This document shows, in pieces, positions 28,313 to 37,406 of a stretch of DNA of 64,000 nt. Both the position numbers and the translations under genes were made by a program. This stretch comes from a virus: IMG/VR virus record IMGVR_UViG_3300043470_000815. One strand, written 5' to 3'. The notes under the pieces were generated by a model. It did not search any database and was not told the DNA's origin. It saw nothing but the letters and a program-made list of their open reading frames with translations. Positions within the stretch are counted from its first letter, which is position 1. Every line of letters starts with the position of its first letter.

Positions 28313-28690
28313 TTAAACGCTAATACTTATCAATTCACAATTATCATCAATAGTATTACTAATAATTGCAAATAATGTTTTTAAAATATATTCGTTATCG
28401 AAATTTTCTACAAATAAAACTGAATCTTTTTTCTTATTTGCTAACTTATTACAATATTCAATAAATTCAGTATTATTATCACTTGAATGTGCAAGAAATT
28501 TATCAAAAATCAAAAAAAACCAATCCTGTACATCTTTTCCACCAATGGACGGTTTACCGTGCCGACATAAAATTTCAACCGCGAATTTGTACTGACCGGG
28601 TACAATTGATAAATCGGAATAAACCCAAGCCGTCATAATGGGTTCAATTTTTATGGTATGAATTATACCATCTTTAGTTATTTTTTTCAT
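28313..28690 (-). CDS. hypothetical protein, possible degenerate QueD/T-fold
   Basis: weak pattern GQYKFAVEI...FDK...H..D...EN...E.I...LF; catalytic His residues not evident. Confidence 0.3.
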   Translation of the reverse strand: MKKITKDGIIHTIKIEPIMTAWVYSDLSIVPGQYKFAVEILCRHGKPSIGGKDVQDWFFLIFDKFLAHSSDNNTEFIEYCNKLANKKKDSVLFVENFDNEYILKTLFAIISNTIDDNCELISISV

Positions 28691-28997
28691 TTTCGCTTAT
28701 TAAGTTAAAATCAATTAAACATGGATTGTTTTCTTTATAAAATTCCAATAAAAATTTGTCGTGATTATATACATATCGGACATCTTTTTGTTGAAAAGAC
28801 GCAACATCGGCAAACATATTAATTTGTTCCAATGTATAATTTTCTATATTGTCGTACCATTTGACGACAAAATCTTCACTATCTACTCCAGTTTCATAGT
28901 AACCGAATTGATATGGGATAGTGAATTTAGTTTCAAAGTCTGAAATCATTGTTTTTTCCATAATATAAAGTTTTGTTATCCAATCATCGTATCTCAC
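28674..28997 (-). CDS. hypothetical protein, paralog of 28024-28299
   Basis: same shared motif as 28024-28299. Confidence 0.65.
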   Translation of the reverse strand: MRYDDWITKLYIMEKTMISDFETKFTIPYQFGYYETGVDSEDFVVKWYDNIENYTLEQINMFADVASFQQKDVRYVYNHDKFLLEFYKENNPCLIDFNLISENEKNN

Positions 28998-30840
28998 AGT
29001 TTCCTCCGGAACATGCTAATTCGCCCTGTAATTGTGTTTCATCTTGCATTTCAATTACTTTGGTCAAATCTATATCGTTAAGATTTTTTGATAGCGTATT
29101 AAATTCTTCTTCGGTAATATCGGTAAATGGTGCTTGTATGTACGAACCGTTATCAAATGGTAAAACTGACAATCCATTATAAAAATTTCTATTTTCCCAC
29201 ATCCATTCACCTACTGAATCCCATTCGTCTTCTTTAATTGATACGGTTGCAGAAACATTATGCGTATTTTGACCATCAATGTGACCATTTGCAATCCATG
29301 TTGTATAAAATAATTTAATACGTTCTAATAAATCAAATGGTGATTCGGTTCTAATAATTGAACCTTGGGGGGCAGACTGTGGAATACAAATAATTGCGGT
29401 ATCGTGTGGTCTAAAATAGTCATCTTCTAATAATTCAGGATGATAAATAGACAAATATGTATATATTGCTTCATTTTTATTAACACGGATTCGTCTTGTA
29501 TAAAAATCATTGTGCCACGCATGAATACCTGATGATGCACCCAATACTAAACTACTTGTACCAGCAGGTTTAATGGTTGTTTGCCGAGCAGCGGCGTTTA
29601 TTCCTATTTTTTCGGCTACGATTTTATTTACATTAACAACTACTTTTGCGGCTTTGGCTAGATCGTAATTTAAAATTTTACCACTACCAATACCAGTCAT
29701 TGATACACCGATTAACGCATCTTTTTCAGTAGTTTTTTTCCAAATTGGACGAAGGTAATGAAAATCTGTATAACTTGCTTGTATTGTACCGATTAGGGTG
29801 GCGGCAGCAACTCGTTCTTCTAAATCTTGCTGTGATTCTATATCGGATACATTGACTTCACATAAATTACAAAATTGAAATGGACGAAGAGCGATTTCAC
29901 AACAGGGGTTTGAACCATAATCCTTATCATTTGTGAAGTAAAATCCCGGCTCACCAGCATTTGACATTTCAACACGTTTCCATAAATCTAAAAAATATTC
30001 TTTTGTAATTTTATGACGAAGTAATACAGCCGAATTATTTGCCCTACCACGCTGTGGGTTTAATTCCCACCAATTTCCACTTTTACATGAAATCATATCA
30101 TCATCATCGGCATTGAACAATGAAATAAGAGCCGCCCGTCTAATCCCACCAGCCAAAACGGAATCGGCAATATGACAAATTATATCATGGACTTCAACTG
30201 ATGCTAATTTTTCACCATTGTTTTTGTTTTCTAAAATACCTTCAATTTTTAATAAACATTCTTTCAATGGTTGTGGGCCGGGTGCTTTCCCACCACTTGT
30301 AATTAATCGCATTCCCTTGGCACGAATATCACTGAAATCAAAATTAATTTTTGATCCACCATAAAAATATGATTTTATTAAAATTTTAACGGCATCTGCC
30401 CAACCTTCGATGCTGTCATTTACCAACCAGCGGCGTTGTCTGTCTTGTCGTGGCTTATTTATTTCAGGTAATTTTTCAATATGATGGTTTTGAACAGAAA
30501 ATCCTACACCAGTTCCACCTAACAATAAAAACATTACTTCCGAAAATGAACGCCAATCGTCAATCGGTAAATACCCGCAGTTGTAGATACGGGCTGGATT
30601 CATTTTTATTGGTTTACCCGCAAATTGTAAAGACCGCATGGATGGTAAAACCTTTTTATCATATACCAACTTATATGCAAGTTCTATATCATCTACCAAT
30701 TCGGGAAATTTGTCAATGTGCATCTGTTTATTCCGATCCACCAATTCAATCCAAGTTTCACGACGGTTTTTTTCGGGTAGATATTTAGCATATTTCATAA
30801 AAATTGTAATATCCGATAATATTTTTTGGTTTAAATTCAT
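28984..30840 (-). CDS. nrdJ: class II (B12-dependent, monomeric-type) ribonucleotide reductase
   Basis: LPSMRSLQFAG, GGIRRAALISL, NPCCEI, QFCNLCEVN, TIKPAGTSS, C-terminal ACSGGNC. Confidence 0.93.
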   Translation of the reverse strand: MNLNQKILSDITIFMKYAKYLPEKNRRETWIELVDRNKQMHIDKFPELVDDIELAYKLVYDKKVLPSMRSLQFAGKPIKMNPARIYNCGYLPIDDWRSFSEVMFLLLGGTGVGFSVQNHHIEKLPEINKPRQDRQRRWLVNDSIEGWADAVKILIKSYFYGGSKINFDFSDIRAKGMRLITSGGKAPGPQPLKECLLKIEGILENKNNGEKLASVEVHDIICHIADSVLAGGIRRAALISLFNADDDDMISCKSGNWWELNPQRGRANNSAVLLRHKITKEYFLDLWKRVEMSNAGEPGFYFTNDKDYGSNPCCEIALRPFQFCNLCEVNVSDIESQQDLEERVAAATLIGTIQASYTDFHYLRPIWKKTTEKDALIGVSMTGIGSGKILNYDLAKAAKVVVNVNKIVAEKIGINAAARQTTIKPAGTSSLVLGASSGIHAWHNDFYTRRIRVNKNEAIYTYLSIYHPELLEDDYFRPHDTAIICIPQSAPQGSIIRTESPFDLLERIKLFYTTWIANGHIDGQNTHNVSATVSIKEDEWDSVGEWMWENRNFYNGLSVLPFDNGSYIQAPFTDITEEEFNTLSKNLNDIDLTKVIEMQDETQLQGELACSGGNCEIR

Positions 30841-30864
30841 TGTTGTCCTTTGTTTTTATTTTTA

Positions 30865-32241
30865 TTAAATTAAATTCGTTATATTTTTTTGTTTTGTGTA
30901 AATTGTTTCTAGTTCCCTTCTTTGATACTCGTTATCGCTAATCATATCGGATTTAACTTTTTGGCCAAGTTCAGACCGTTCATCCAAAATTTGTATTTCG
31001 GCTTTTGCTGTATTGATATATTCAGGGAATGTCATACCATCCGGCCCAAGTCGATTTTTAATAATATGAACACGTGCCGAATTATTAAGTTTATCTTTAC
31101 TTTTACGGCTGATTGACGCAACAAAATCGGCTGTGAACATTTTACCAAATGATTCCGCAATACCACCACTTTCAATAACATCATCATTGCTGAATTGTCG
31201 ATTCACCTGCGAAGCGGTATGTATGGGAACTCCAAATTCTCCAGCCATCCCACGCATTTCTTCATATAATTCCTGTAATAATTCATCTTTCCGCATATTT
31301 TGATTTGTTCCCAATTTTAACAAATCTGCATAATCTATAATCACAAGGTCAGGTTTTCCGTATAACATTATAGTTTTTTCTATATGTGACCTAATACCTT
31401 GCAAAGAAACACTTTTAGTCGGGAAGAATTTAATTGTCATTTTTCCAGCATCTTTGTACTGTTTAATACCCGCCTTAATATCTGAAATATGATATTTCAA
31501 ATCATCTAAATTTATTCCCGTCAAACACGCATCATAACGTTGTGCCACATAATGTTCACCCAATTCTAAAGTATAATGTAATACTTTTTTACCGTTTTTT
31601 AAAGCAGCCGCACCTAAATGAACCAAATGGAAACTTTTCGATCCACCCGGCCCTGCTATCCAAACACATAAATGACCCGGTGGAATACCTCCCCCCGTAA
31701 TATCGTCAATTACCTGCCAACCCGTACTAATCGGAACTCCATTTGAATTTTCCTTATAACGTTCTTCAACATCCATCAAATAATCATGCCCAATATTTTC
31801 AGACATGCCTTTTTTCATAGCATTATCAACAACCCGCTTAATTTCTTCATATTTACCTTCCAACAATAAATCCGCACTTTTTAAAATAGCACGTTTTAAT
31901 TCTTGGTTTTTGCAAAATTCGACAATTGTATTTTTTACAAATGTTAAATCGTCACTTTCAATCGACTTCCAAATATCTTTTAAACTATTGATTATTTCTT
32001 TACGATCCAGTTCAATTTTAACATCATTGACTTTTACTTTAAATACGTCTAAGGTTGGGATGTTTTTATATTCATTGAAATAAGATAATGTATTTTCACA
32101 TAACCATTTTAATGACTTTGAATCGAAATATTCAACTAATAAAATATCATAAATACTGTTTATAAAAGGTTTATCCGTTAATAGCAGCGATAACACTTTA
32201 ACCTGAAAATTGTACCCATATTCTTTTAAGTTTTCGACCAT
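30865..32241 (-). CDS. replicative DNA helicase (DnaB / T4 gp41-like)
   Basis: ISTGW..ID....GG, AGPGGSKS, YTLEL, IIDYADL, HTASQVNR, KNRLG.DG. Confidence 0.92.
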   Translation of the reverse strand: MVENLKEYGYNFQVKVLSLLLTDKPFINSIYDILLVEYFDSKSLKWLCENTLSYFNEYKNIPTLDVFKVKVNDVKIELDRKEIINSLKDIWKSIESDDLTFVKNTIVEFCKNQELKRAILKSADLLLEGKYEEIKRVVDNAMKKGMSENIGHDYLMDVEERYKENSNGVPISTGWQVIDDITGGGIPPGHLCVWIAGPGGSKSFHLVHLGAAALKNGKKVLHYTLELGEHYVAQRYDACLTGINLDDLKYHISDIKAGIKQYKDAGKMTIKFFPTKSVSLQGIRSHIEKTIMLYGKPDLVIIDYADLLKLGTNQNMRKDELLQELYEEMRGMAGEFGVPIHTASQVNRQFSNDDVIESGGIAESFGKMFTADFVASISRKSKDKLNNSARVHIIKNRLGPDGMTFPEYINTAKAEIQILDERSELGQKVKSDMISDNEYQRRELETIYTKQKNITNLI

Positions 32242-33266
32242 GAATTTAGTGTATTAAATGTGTTGTACAACCACCTACCAGTATCAGTTGCAATTGAACT
32301 ACTAATTGAATCTTCGTTTAATAATTCTAAGAATTTTAATTTGTTTAATTTGTTATTTTCTTTAGTTATAACGTCGGTAATACATTTAATACTTTCATCC
32401 GAAATGTCCGTCTTTGCCAGTTGCATTATTTGATGATTAATGTCCAATTGTTCTTTGGAATTTAAAATCAATTTATATAATTTATTTTTAATTAGTCTGT
32501 TTCGTGCATACTCAAAAATATCATCATAATTTAATTTAGTATGTACAATGTCAGGAAATAATTTAATAATAGTTTTTAATTTCAAACCAGCAATTCCTTT
32601 AATGTTGTCGGACGCATCACCTGTTAATGTTCGATATAATAAATAATTTTCAACAATTATTCCTAGTTCGGCTTTAATTTCTGATGGATAATATATTTTT
32701 TTCTTAACTGGTGAATAGACTTCAATTCGATCATTGACCAATTGTAAAAAATCACGGTCAGTTGAAACAATTCTAATCTTATTGGAACTATGTTCAAAAT
32801 ATTGTTTGGTAATGAATGCAATTACATCGTCTGCTTCAATATTATTGACACGAACAACCTGTAATGGTAAACAATCCAAATAAGTTAAAATACGTTCAAA
32901 TTGTAATTTAATATTTTCCTTGATTTCATCATCCGATAATTCCCCATCTTCCGTACCTTTATGTTTAACAGTTCCCGTGCGGTTGGCTTTATATTCGGGA
33001 AATATTTCTTTTCGCCTTACAGAACCCCCAACCCCATCGAAAACCAAAATACATCGGGAGGCTTTAAAATCGCGAATGTTCATACCAATTGACCGCAAAA
33101 ACGCAATGATAATTCCCGTATTTTGTTTTTTAACATCAAAAATTGGAACTGATGTGATTATGCGTATAAACGAATTGGTACAGTCTATTATTAAAACCCG
33201 ATCATTTAGATCAAATGATTTTTCCGATTTTGACTTTTCAAAAATTGCTTGGAGATTTGTCATCAA
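32226..33266 (-). CDS. 5'-3' exonuclease / T4 RNase H-like (FEN family)
   Basis: LIIDCTN, VFDG, YKANR, EADDVI, STDRDFLQL, GDASDNIKG. Confidence 0.93.
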   Translation of the reverse strand: MMTNLQAIFEKSKSEKSFDLNDRVLIIDCTNSFIRIITSVPIFDVKKQNTGIIIAFLRSIGMNIRDFKASRCILVFDGVGGSVRRKEIFPEYKANRTGTVKHKGTEDGELSDDEIKENIKLQFERILTYLDCLPLQVVRVNNIEADDVIAFITKQYFEHSSNKIRIVSTDRDFLQLVNDRIEVYSPVKKKIYYPSEIKAELGIIVENYLLYRTLTGDASDNIKGIAGLKLKTIIKLFPDIVHTKLNYDDIFEYARNRLIKNKLYKLILNSKEQLDINHQIMQLAKTDISDESIKCITDVITKENNKLNKLKFLELLNEDSISSSIATDTGRWLYNTFNTLNSWSKT

Positions 33267-33754
33267 AAATTATAAATTTGTTTTAATTGTATCAATGTTT
33301 CATCCAACCTACCAAGTTGATTACGACCATTTAAATCACATTCAATAAACTCATCGGCTGTCATTTCAGACGTAACATCTGTACAATGTTTTTTAACCCA
33401 ATCATTCTCAAATAAAACTTCACCGGGCATAAATAAAAAATGTTTATTTAAAACATCCGATAAAGATTTACCAACCAAAGTTTTAACATAAACATGTGGA
33501 ATAACTCGCCGTAAAGAATTATGATAAACACGATTTATACTTGAATGATATTGATAAATTTCACCCGTAAACTGTTTATTTTCAAACTTAATGTAAAGTC
33601 GTATTCCGTCTTTATTAGTATGAATGCGAAATTCACCTTGATTATTATTGTAAACTGTTTCTATTAGAAATGCCCACGCATCAGTATCATTATTTACTTT
33701 ATATTTCATCAGTAAGTAAAACTTTAAAACATTCATATTCAGCCAATGCACCAT
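33263..33754 (-). CDS. hypothetical protein
   Basis: 163 aa ORF; true start probably MKYKV at about 33709. Confidence 0.55.
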   Translation of the reverse strand: MVHWLNMNVLKFYLLMKYKVNNDTDAWAFLIETVYNNNQGEFRIHTNKDGIRLYIKFENKQFTGEIYQYHSSINRVYHNSLRRVIPHVYVKTLVGKSLSDVLNKHFLFMPGEVLFENDWVKKHCTDVTSEMTADEFIECDLNGRNQLGRLDETLIQLKQIYNF

Positions 33755-34214
33755 TTAACGCATTGTGTGGTTTAACTTCACGGACAATACCTAATTTATC
33801 ACAAATAACAGGTAATGAATAAGACTTTTTAAACTTACCAAACGCGACTGAATGTAAATCTATAAATGCAAATCTAAAAGGAAATTTAGATTCATTACGA
33901 CCGCGTTTATGCAATTCCTGTAAAAACAAAACATCAAAACTCCCCACATGTTGACCTGCCAACATACTACTTCTAGGTTCAGCCCATTTTACAAATTTTT
34001 TGTATAAATCATAAGCCGTTTGTTTTTTAGGATCGGTAATTTGTTCCAATGTAAAGCCATTAATATCCAATGCTTCTTGTTCCCAATCGTCCGTTTTATA
34101 AATTCTACATTCATCATAAAACGTTTCACTTGTTTCAAAATCAACCGCACCAAGTGAAACCATCTGATGTTTTTTGGGATCAGTACCCGTTGTTTCTATG
34201 TCTAAGATTATCAT
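33699..34214 (-). CDS. DEDDh 3'-5' exonuclease (DnaQ-like)
   Basis: ILDIETTG, QHVGSFD, HNALNGA. Confidence 0.9.
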   Translation of the reverse strand: MIILDIETTGTDPKKHQMVSLGAVDFETSETFYDECRIYKTDDWEQEALDINGFTLEQITDPKKQTAYDLYKKFVKWAEPRSSMLAGQHVGSFDVLFLQELHKRGRNESKFPFRFAFIDLHSVAFGKFKKSYSLPVICDKLGIVREVKPHNALNGALAEYECFKVLLTDEI

Positions 34215-34286
34215 TTTTAATTTATTTGATTATAAAGTCAAATTTTGCCCAACCCACCAAACAAGATAGGTTGGGACAAAAATGGA

Positions 34287-35156
34287 TTAATTTTCTTCTT
34301 TAAATAAATTATCGAAATCAACATCAACGTCTTCACCGATTGGATCATGTGGTGTAACGGGTGCGTTCATTTCCTTTAAAAAAGAATCTTCTTTAACAAC
34401 GGGTTTTTCGGTAACAGGTGTTTTAGGATACAAATACGATTGAATCATTTCCTGTGTTTCGGCATAGGTTGGTTTTGTATGAAGATCAACAATATTTGGC
34501 ATATTCTTAATCATTTCCAAAACGTCTTTGTCATTTGACACTGGAGTTTCCTTTGGTTTAGGCAAAATCGAAATTTGTGGATAACCAGTTGCCGTCTTTT
34601 CCTTGGGCGTATATTCCATTGTAATATCACGACCAGTTTTCAAATCGAAAATGTTTCCATAATCGGGATCATTGGCAATTGCTTCTAAATCACGATACGT
34701 CTTTGGTGAAAACCACCAAAATTTAACACCTTCCAATTCAAGTCCGTTAGTTGTTTTACCATTAATATCCGTGTAAGAACGGACAATAATAGGCACACAA
34801 ATCCTTTGTTGTGGCTTGAATTTCAACGATGATTGCCAAAGGGTGCGATTTTTTTCTTTGTCCTTTTCACGGGTATATTCCGTTACTAAAGTTTGATAAA
34901 ATTCGGCAATGGCATCAGGTTCTTCAAATTGAACGGGAGCAAGTACCGTCCTACCAAACTCGTAATAAAAATCCAGCGGTAAATAAGGTTTACGATCCTT
35001 TCCCAAATGAAAATTAGGCAAAACACGAAAAACATATTTACCCTCCTGTGGAACAAATTTAACTTTGTTCGCTTCTGAAACCGTCCGTTCGGTCTTTGGT
35101 GTGTTAGCGGAATTTAAGGCATCCAACTTAGCCTGAATTTTTTGTGCAAAATCCAT
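34287..35156 (-). CDS. single-stranded DNA-binding protein (T4 gp32-like)
   Basis: FRVLP, YYEFG, G.IFDLKTGRDI, acidic C-terminal tail. Confidence 0.8.
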   Translation of the reverse strand: MDFAQKIQAKLDALNSANTPKTERTVSEANKVKFVPQEGKYVFRVLPNFHLGKDRKPYLPLDFYYEFGRTVLAPVQFEEPDAIAEFYQTLVTEYTREKDKEKNRTLWQSSLKFKPQQRICVPIIVRSYTDINGKTTNGLELEGVKFWWFSPKTYRDLEAIANDPDYGNIFDLKTGRDITMEYTPKEKTATGYPQISILPKPKETPVSNDKDVLEMIKNMPNIVDLHTKPTYAETQEMIQSYLYPKTPVTEKPVVKEDSFLKEMNAPVTPHDPIGEDVDVDFDNLFKEEN

Positions 35157-35219
35157 ACGATAAAAAATTAAAAAAAGTGTTTAAAAAATACCCTTTCGGG
35201 CGATTAAAAAAGTATAAAG

Positions 35220-35270
35220 ACAATATAAGTAAAGTTTTTGTAAAAACAAAATCAATTAACCGTTCATTAA
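35220..35270 (-). promoter_or_regulatory. promoter TTTG-N19-TATATTGT with TTAAC-N5-ATTAA palindrome, upstream of SSB
   Basis: -7 box at 35220-27, CAAA at 35247-50, palindrome at 35256-70 (28 nt). Confidence 0.6.
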
Positions 35271-36412
35271 CAAATAACATTGTAATTTTTACCAACCTTG
35301 AGTGTATTTGGTAATTCATTAAAAATGTTTTTTAGTCCAATAAGCGTTTCTTTTCCATCAGTTCTACATAAATCTATCAAAAACGAATCATAAGTGTAAA
35401 GTATCAATTTACTTTCACGGGTATATAAGTAGGCATTAATTTCAAAAATCAACAGGGCATTAAATTCCGTTTCAAAGTTCTGTAAAATGTAATTTAAAAC
35501 TTTGGTTTTGTTTAAATTTGGAATATTCATATCCCGTTCAAACATCAAACTTTTTAGATTATTTTCATTATACAATTGGAACAAATTGTTTGTTAAATTA
35601 TCAATCTTTTGGAAAAACTCAAACGACATGTATTTATCATCTATACCCCCATAAATCTGTTTAAATGTTTCGCCTTTAGGATCAATACCATCACCATACA
35701 AAGTTCCAAAATAGCCGTATATATCAGTGGTAGGCCAATCATATTTCACTATCCTAGAAAGTAGATAAATGTGAAATGCTTTTAGATCAAATTCAATTAA
35801 AATTCCATTATTACCGAACCGACTTACAAACCGTTCACGTGAATTATTCGATTTATTTAAAGCCGCGTAATTGATGTTATTGAAACTATTGGATGGACGA
35901 CCAGTTAATGTAAATAAATTGTATTCAGAATATTCGTAACCATTGATGGTATAAAGTCCATTACTTTCAATTGTTGCTAGATTTTGTTGTAATTTGGAAT
36001 ATTCATTTAGTGCTGACCATTGATTGAAATTATTATAAGCGAATAAAAATTCGTCTTTAATTGCCCTGACATAATAAAATAATTTTGTAATCGGAAAACA
36101 ATCTAAATTTTTGACTTGGGGGAGTGGATGTTTGATTACTTTATGATTTTGCATCCAAATTAAAATCTTTGCATCCAAGCAAGGTTGTTTTAAAATCTTT
36201 GAATTATAAACAAAATCGGTTGGGTAAATGGTTGGGAGTTGACCAGCCAAAGTATCATTGTGATTAATTCCAATAATATATTCAAGTTGCGTTTTTGGTT
36301 GGTAGGCATAAATAAAAGAAACATTATTCAACACCCAATGCTTCGCTGTGTATGAAAGCACGGGTATAAATAATGTTTCTTCGTCGTTTATTCTTTCTGT
36401 TACAAATTTCAT
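35267..36412 (-). CDS. family A DNA polymerase-like protein (short, divergent)
   Basis: TLTGRPSN, LIEFDLKAFH (motif A), K...FKQIYG (motif B), LYTYDSF (motif C). Confidence 0.75.
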   Translation of the reverse strand: MKFVTERINDEETLFIPVLSYTAKHWVLNNVSFIYAYQPKTQLEYIIGINHNDTLAGQLPTIYPTDFVYNSKILKQPCLDAKILIWMQNHKVIKHPLPQVKNLDCFPITKLFYYVRAIKDEFLFAYNNFNQWSALNEYSKLQQNLATIESNGLYTINGYEYSEYNLFTLTGRPSNSFNNINYAALNKSNNSRERFVSRFGNNGILIEFDLKAFHIYLLSRIVKYDWPTTDIYGYFGTLYGDGIDPKGETFKQIYGGIDDKYMSFEFFQKIDNLTNNLFQLYNENNLKSLMFERDMNIPNLNKTKVLNYILQNFETEFNALLIFEINAYLYTRESKLILYTYDSFLIDLCRTDGKETLIGLKNIFNELPNTLKVGKNYNVIC

Positions 36413-36416
36413 AGTC

Positions 36417-36467
36417 GCATTATACGACTTATTTTTGAAACGATCTATGTAATTAACTAATTGTTAA
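36417..36467 (-). promoter_or_regulatory. promoter-like TATAAT with perfect TTAAC-N5-GTTAA palindrome
   Basis: TTAACTAATTGTTAA at 36453-67; TATAATGC starts 28 nt downstream on minus strand. Confidence 0.55.
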
Positions 36468-36469
36468 CT

Positions 36470-36712
36470 TTAATTTAAAAACCGATCTATATGGTCGTTA
36501 GAAGTTCCTTTTCTAATATATTGCCCCGATGCGATATAATATATAAATTTATAACTCGATCCAATGGAATTTCCGATCAAAGTTTTTTCACTTATTAATG
36601 TCGCATCTAAGGTTTTACCCGAAGGGGATATTTTAACTACTTTATATACATTACCATTCCACGTTTCAAACTGGTCATTTGGTTTAATTAAACTTTCTTC
36701 TATGTGTGTCAT
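36470..36712 (-). CDS. hypothetical protein
   Basis: 80 aa ORF with its own promoter. Confidence 0.55.
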   Translation of the reverse strand: MTHIEESLIKPNDQFETWNGNVYKVVKISPSGKTLDATLISEKTLIGNSIGSSYKFIYYIASGQYIRKGTSNDHIDRFLN

Positions 36713-36750
36713 ATTTTAAAAAATTTATTGTATTTTTAATGATTACAGAA

Positions 36751-36801
36751 CAAAGATACAGGTTTGGTTGGGAGTGTACAAGTACATTAACAATTGGTTA
36801 A
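36751..36801 (-). promoter_or_regulatory. promoter ACTTG-N20-TATCTTTG with perfect TTAAC-N5-GTTAA palindrome
   Basis: CAAAGATA at 36751-58, CAAGT at 36779-83, palindrome at 36787-801. Confidence 0.75.
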
Positions 36802-36802
36802 C

Positions 36803-37372
36803 TTATCTATAATATTCCAATTTATTAGTTAAATATTCATTGATATGTGGAAATTTGATTAACACTTGGTTAATGCTTCTAGTATTTAAATACAAAGTAT
36901 CTTCTTTGGGTATTTTACTAATTACCCAATTTATCAAACATTTGTTCCAAATAACACCATTGATTCCGGGTTTATTTGTTGTATTGACCGAATTATATTG
37001 ATTCGCATCGACTTCAATTATCGAATTTTTCGGACTATTTCGTTTTTGTAAAAAAAACCGTTGGATTGTACCACGTTGATAATCAGACATTTCAGGAATT
37101 GGTGCAATTAACACAGGACTGACATAGGTTGGATTAACATTTGCCGTGACTTTATTATATAACAACGTTTCAGGTGTCTGATTAAACCGTTTAACTGTTA
37201 ATAGTTGGGTAGTCTTTTCAGGTCTTGCTCCAGTAAAACGCTGGCCGTTTGGATTAATATGATATAAACCAACATAATCCATACCATTATCCAATACAAA
37301 TTCATTGCCATTGGTATAAAGACCTTTAGTTAATTGATGTAATCCGAAATATGGTTGTTCTATTTGTGGCAT
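36803..37372 (-). CDS. baseplate-region hypothetical protein
   Basis: LYTNGNEF...YVGLYH, G.IQRFF motifs; position after hub-like gene. Confidence 0.5.
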   Translation of the reverse strand: MPQIEQPYFGLHQLTKGLYTNGNEFVLDNGMDYVGLYHINPNGQRFTGARPEKTTQLLTVKRFNQTPETLLYNKVTANVNPTYVSPVLIAPIPEMSDYQRGTIQRFFLQKRNSPKNSIIEVDANQYNSVNTTNKPGINGVIWNKCLINWVISKIPKEDTLYLNTRSINQVLIKFPHINEYLTNKLEYYR

Positions 37373-37406
37373 TTATTTAAACTAAATAACAATTTTATGT
37401 ATGTAA

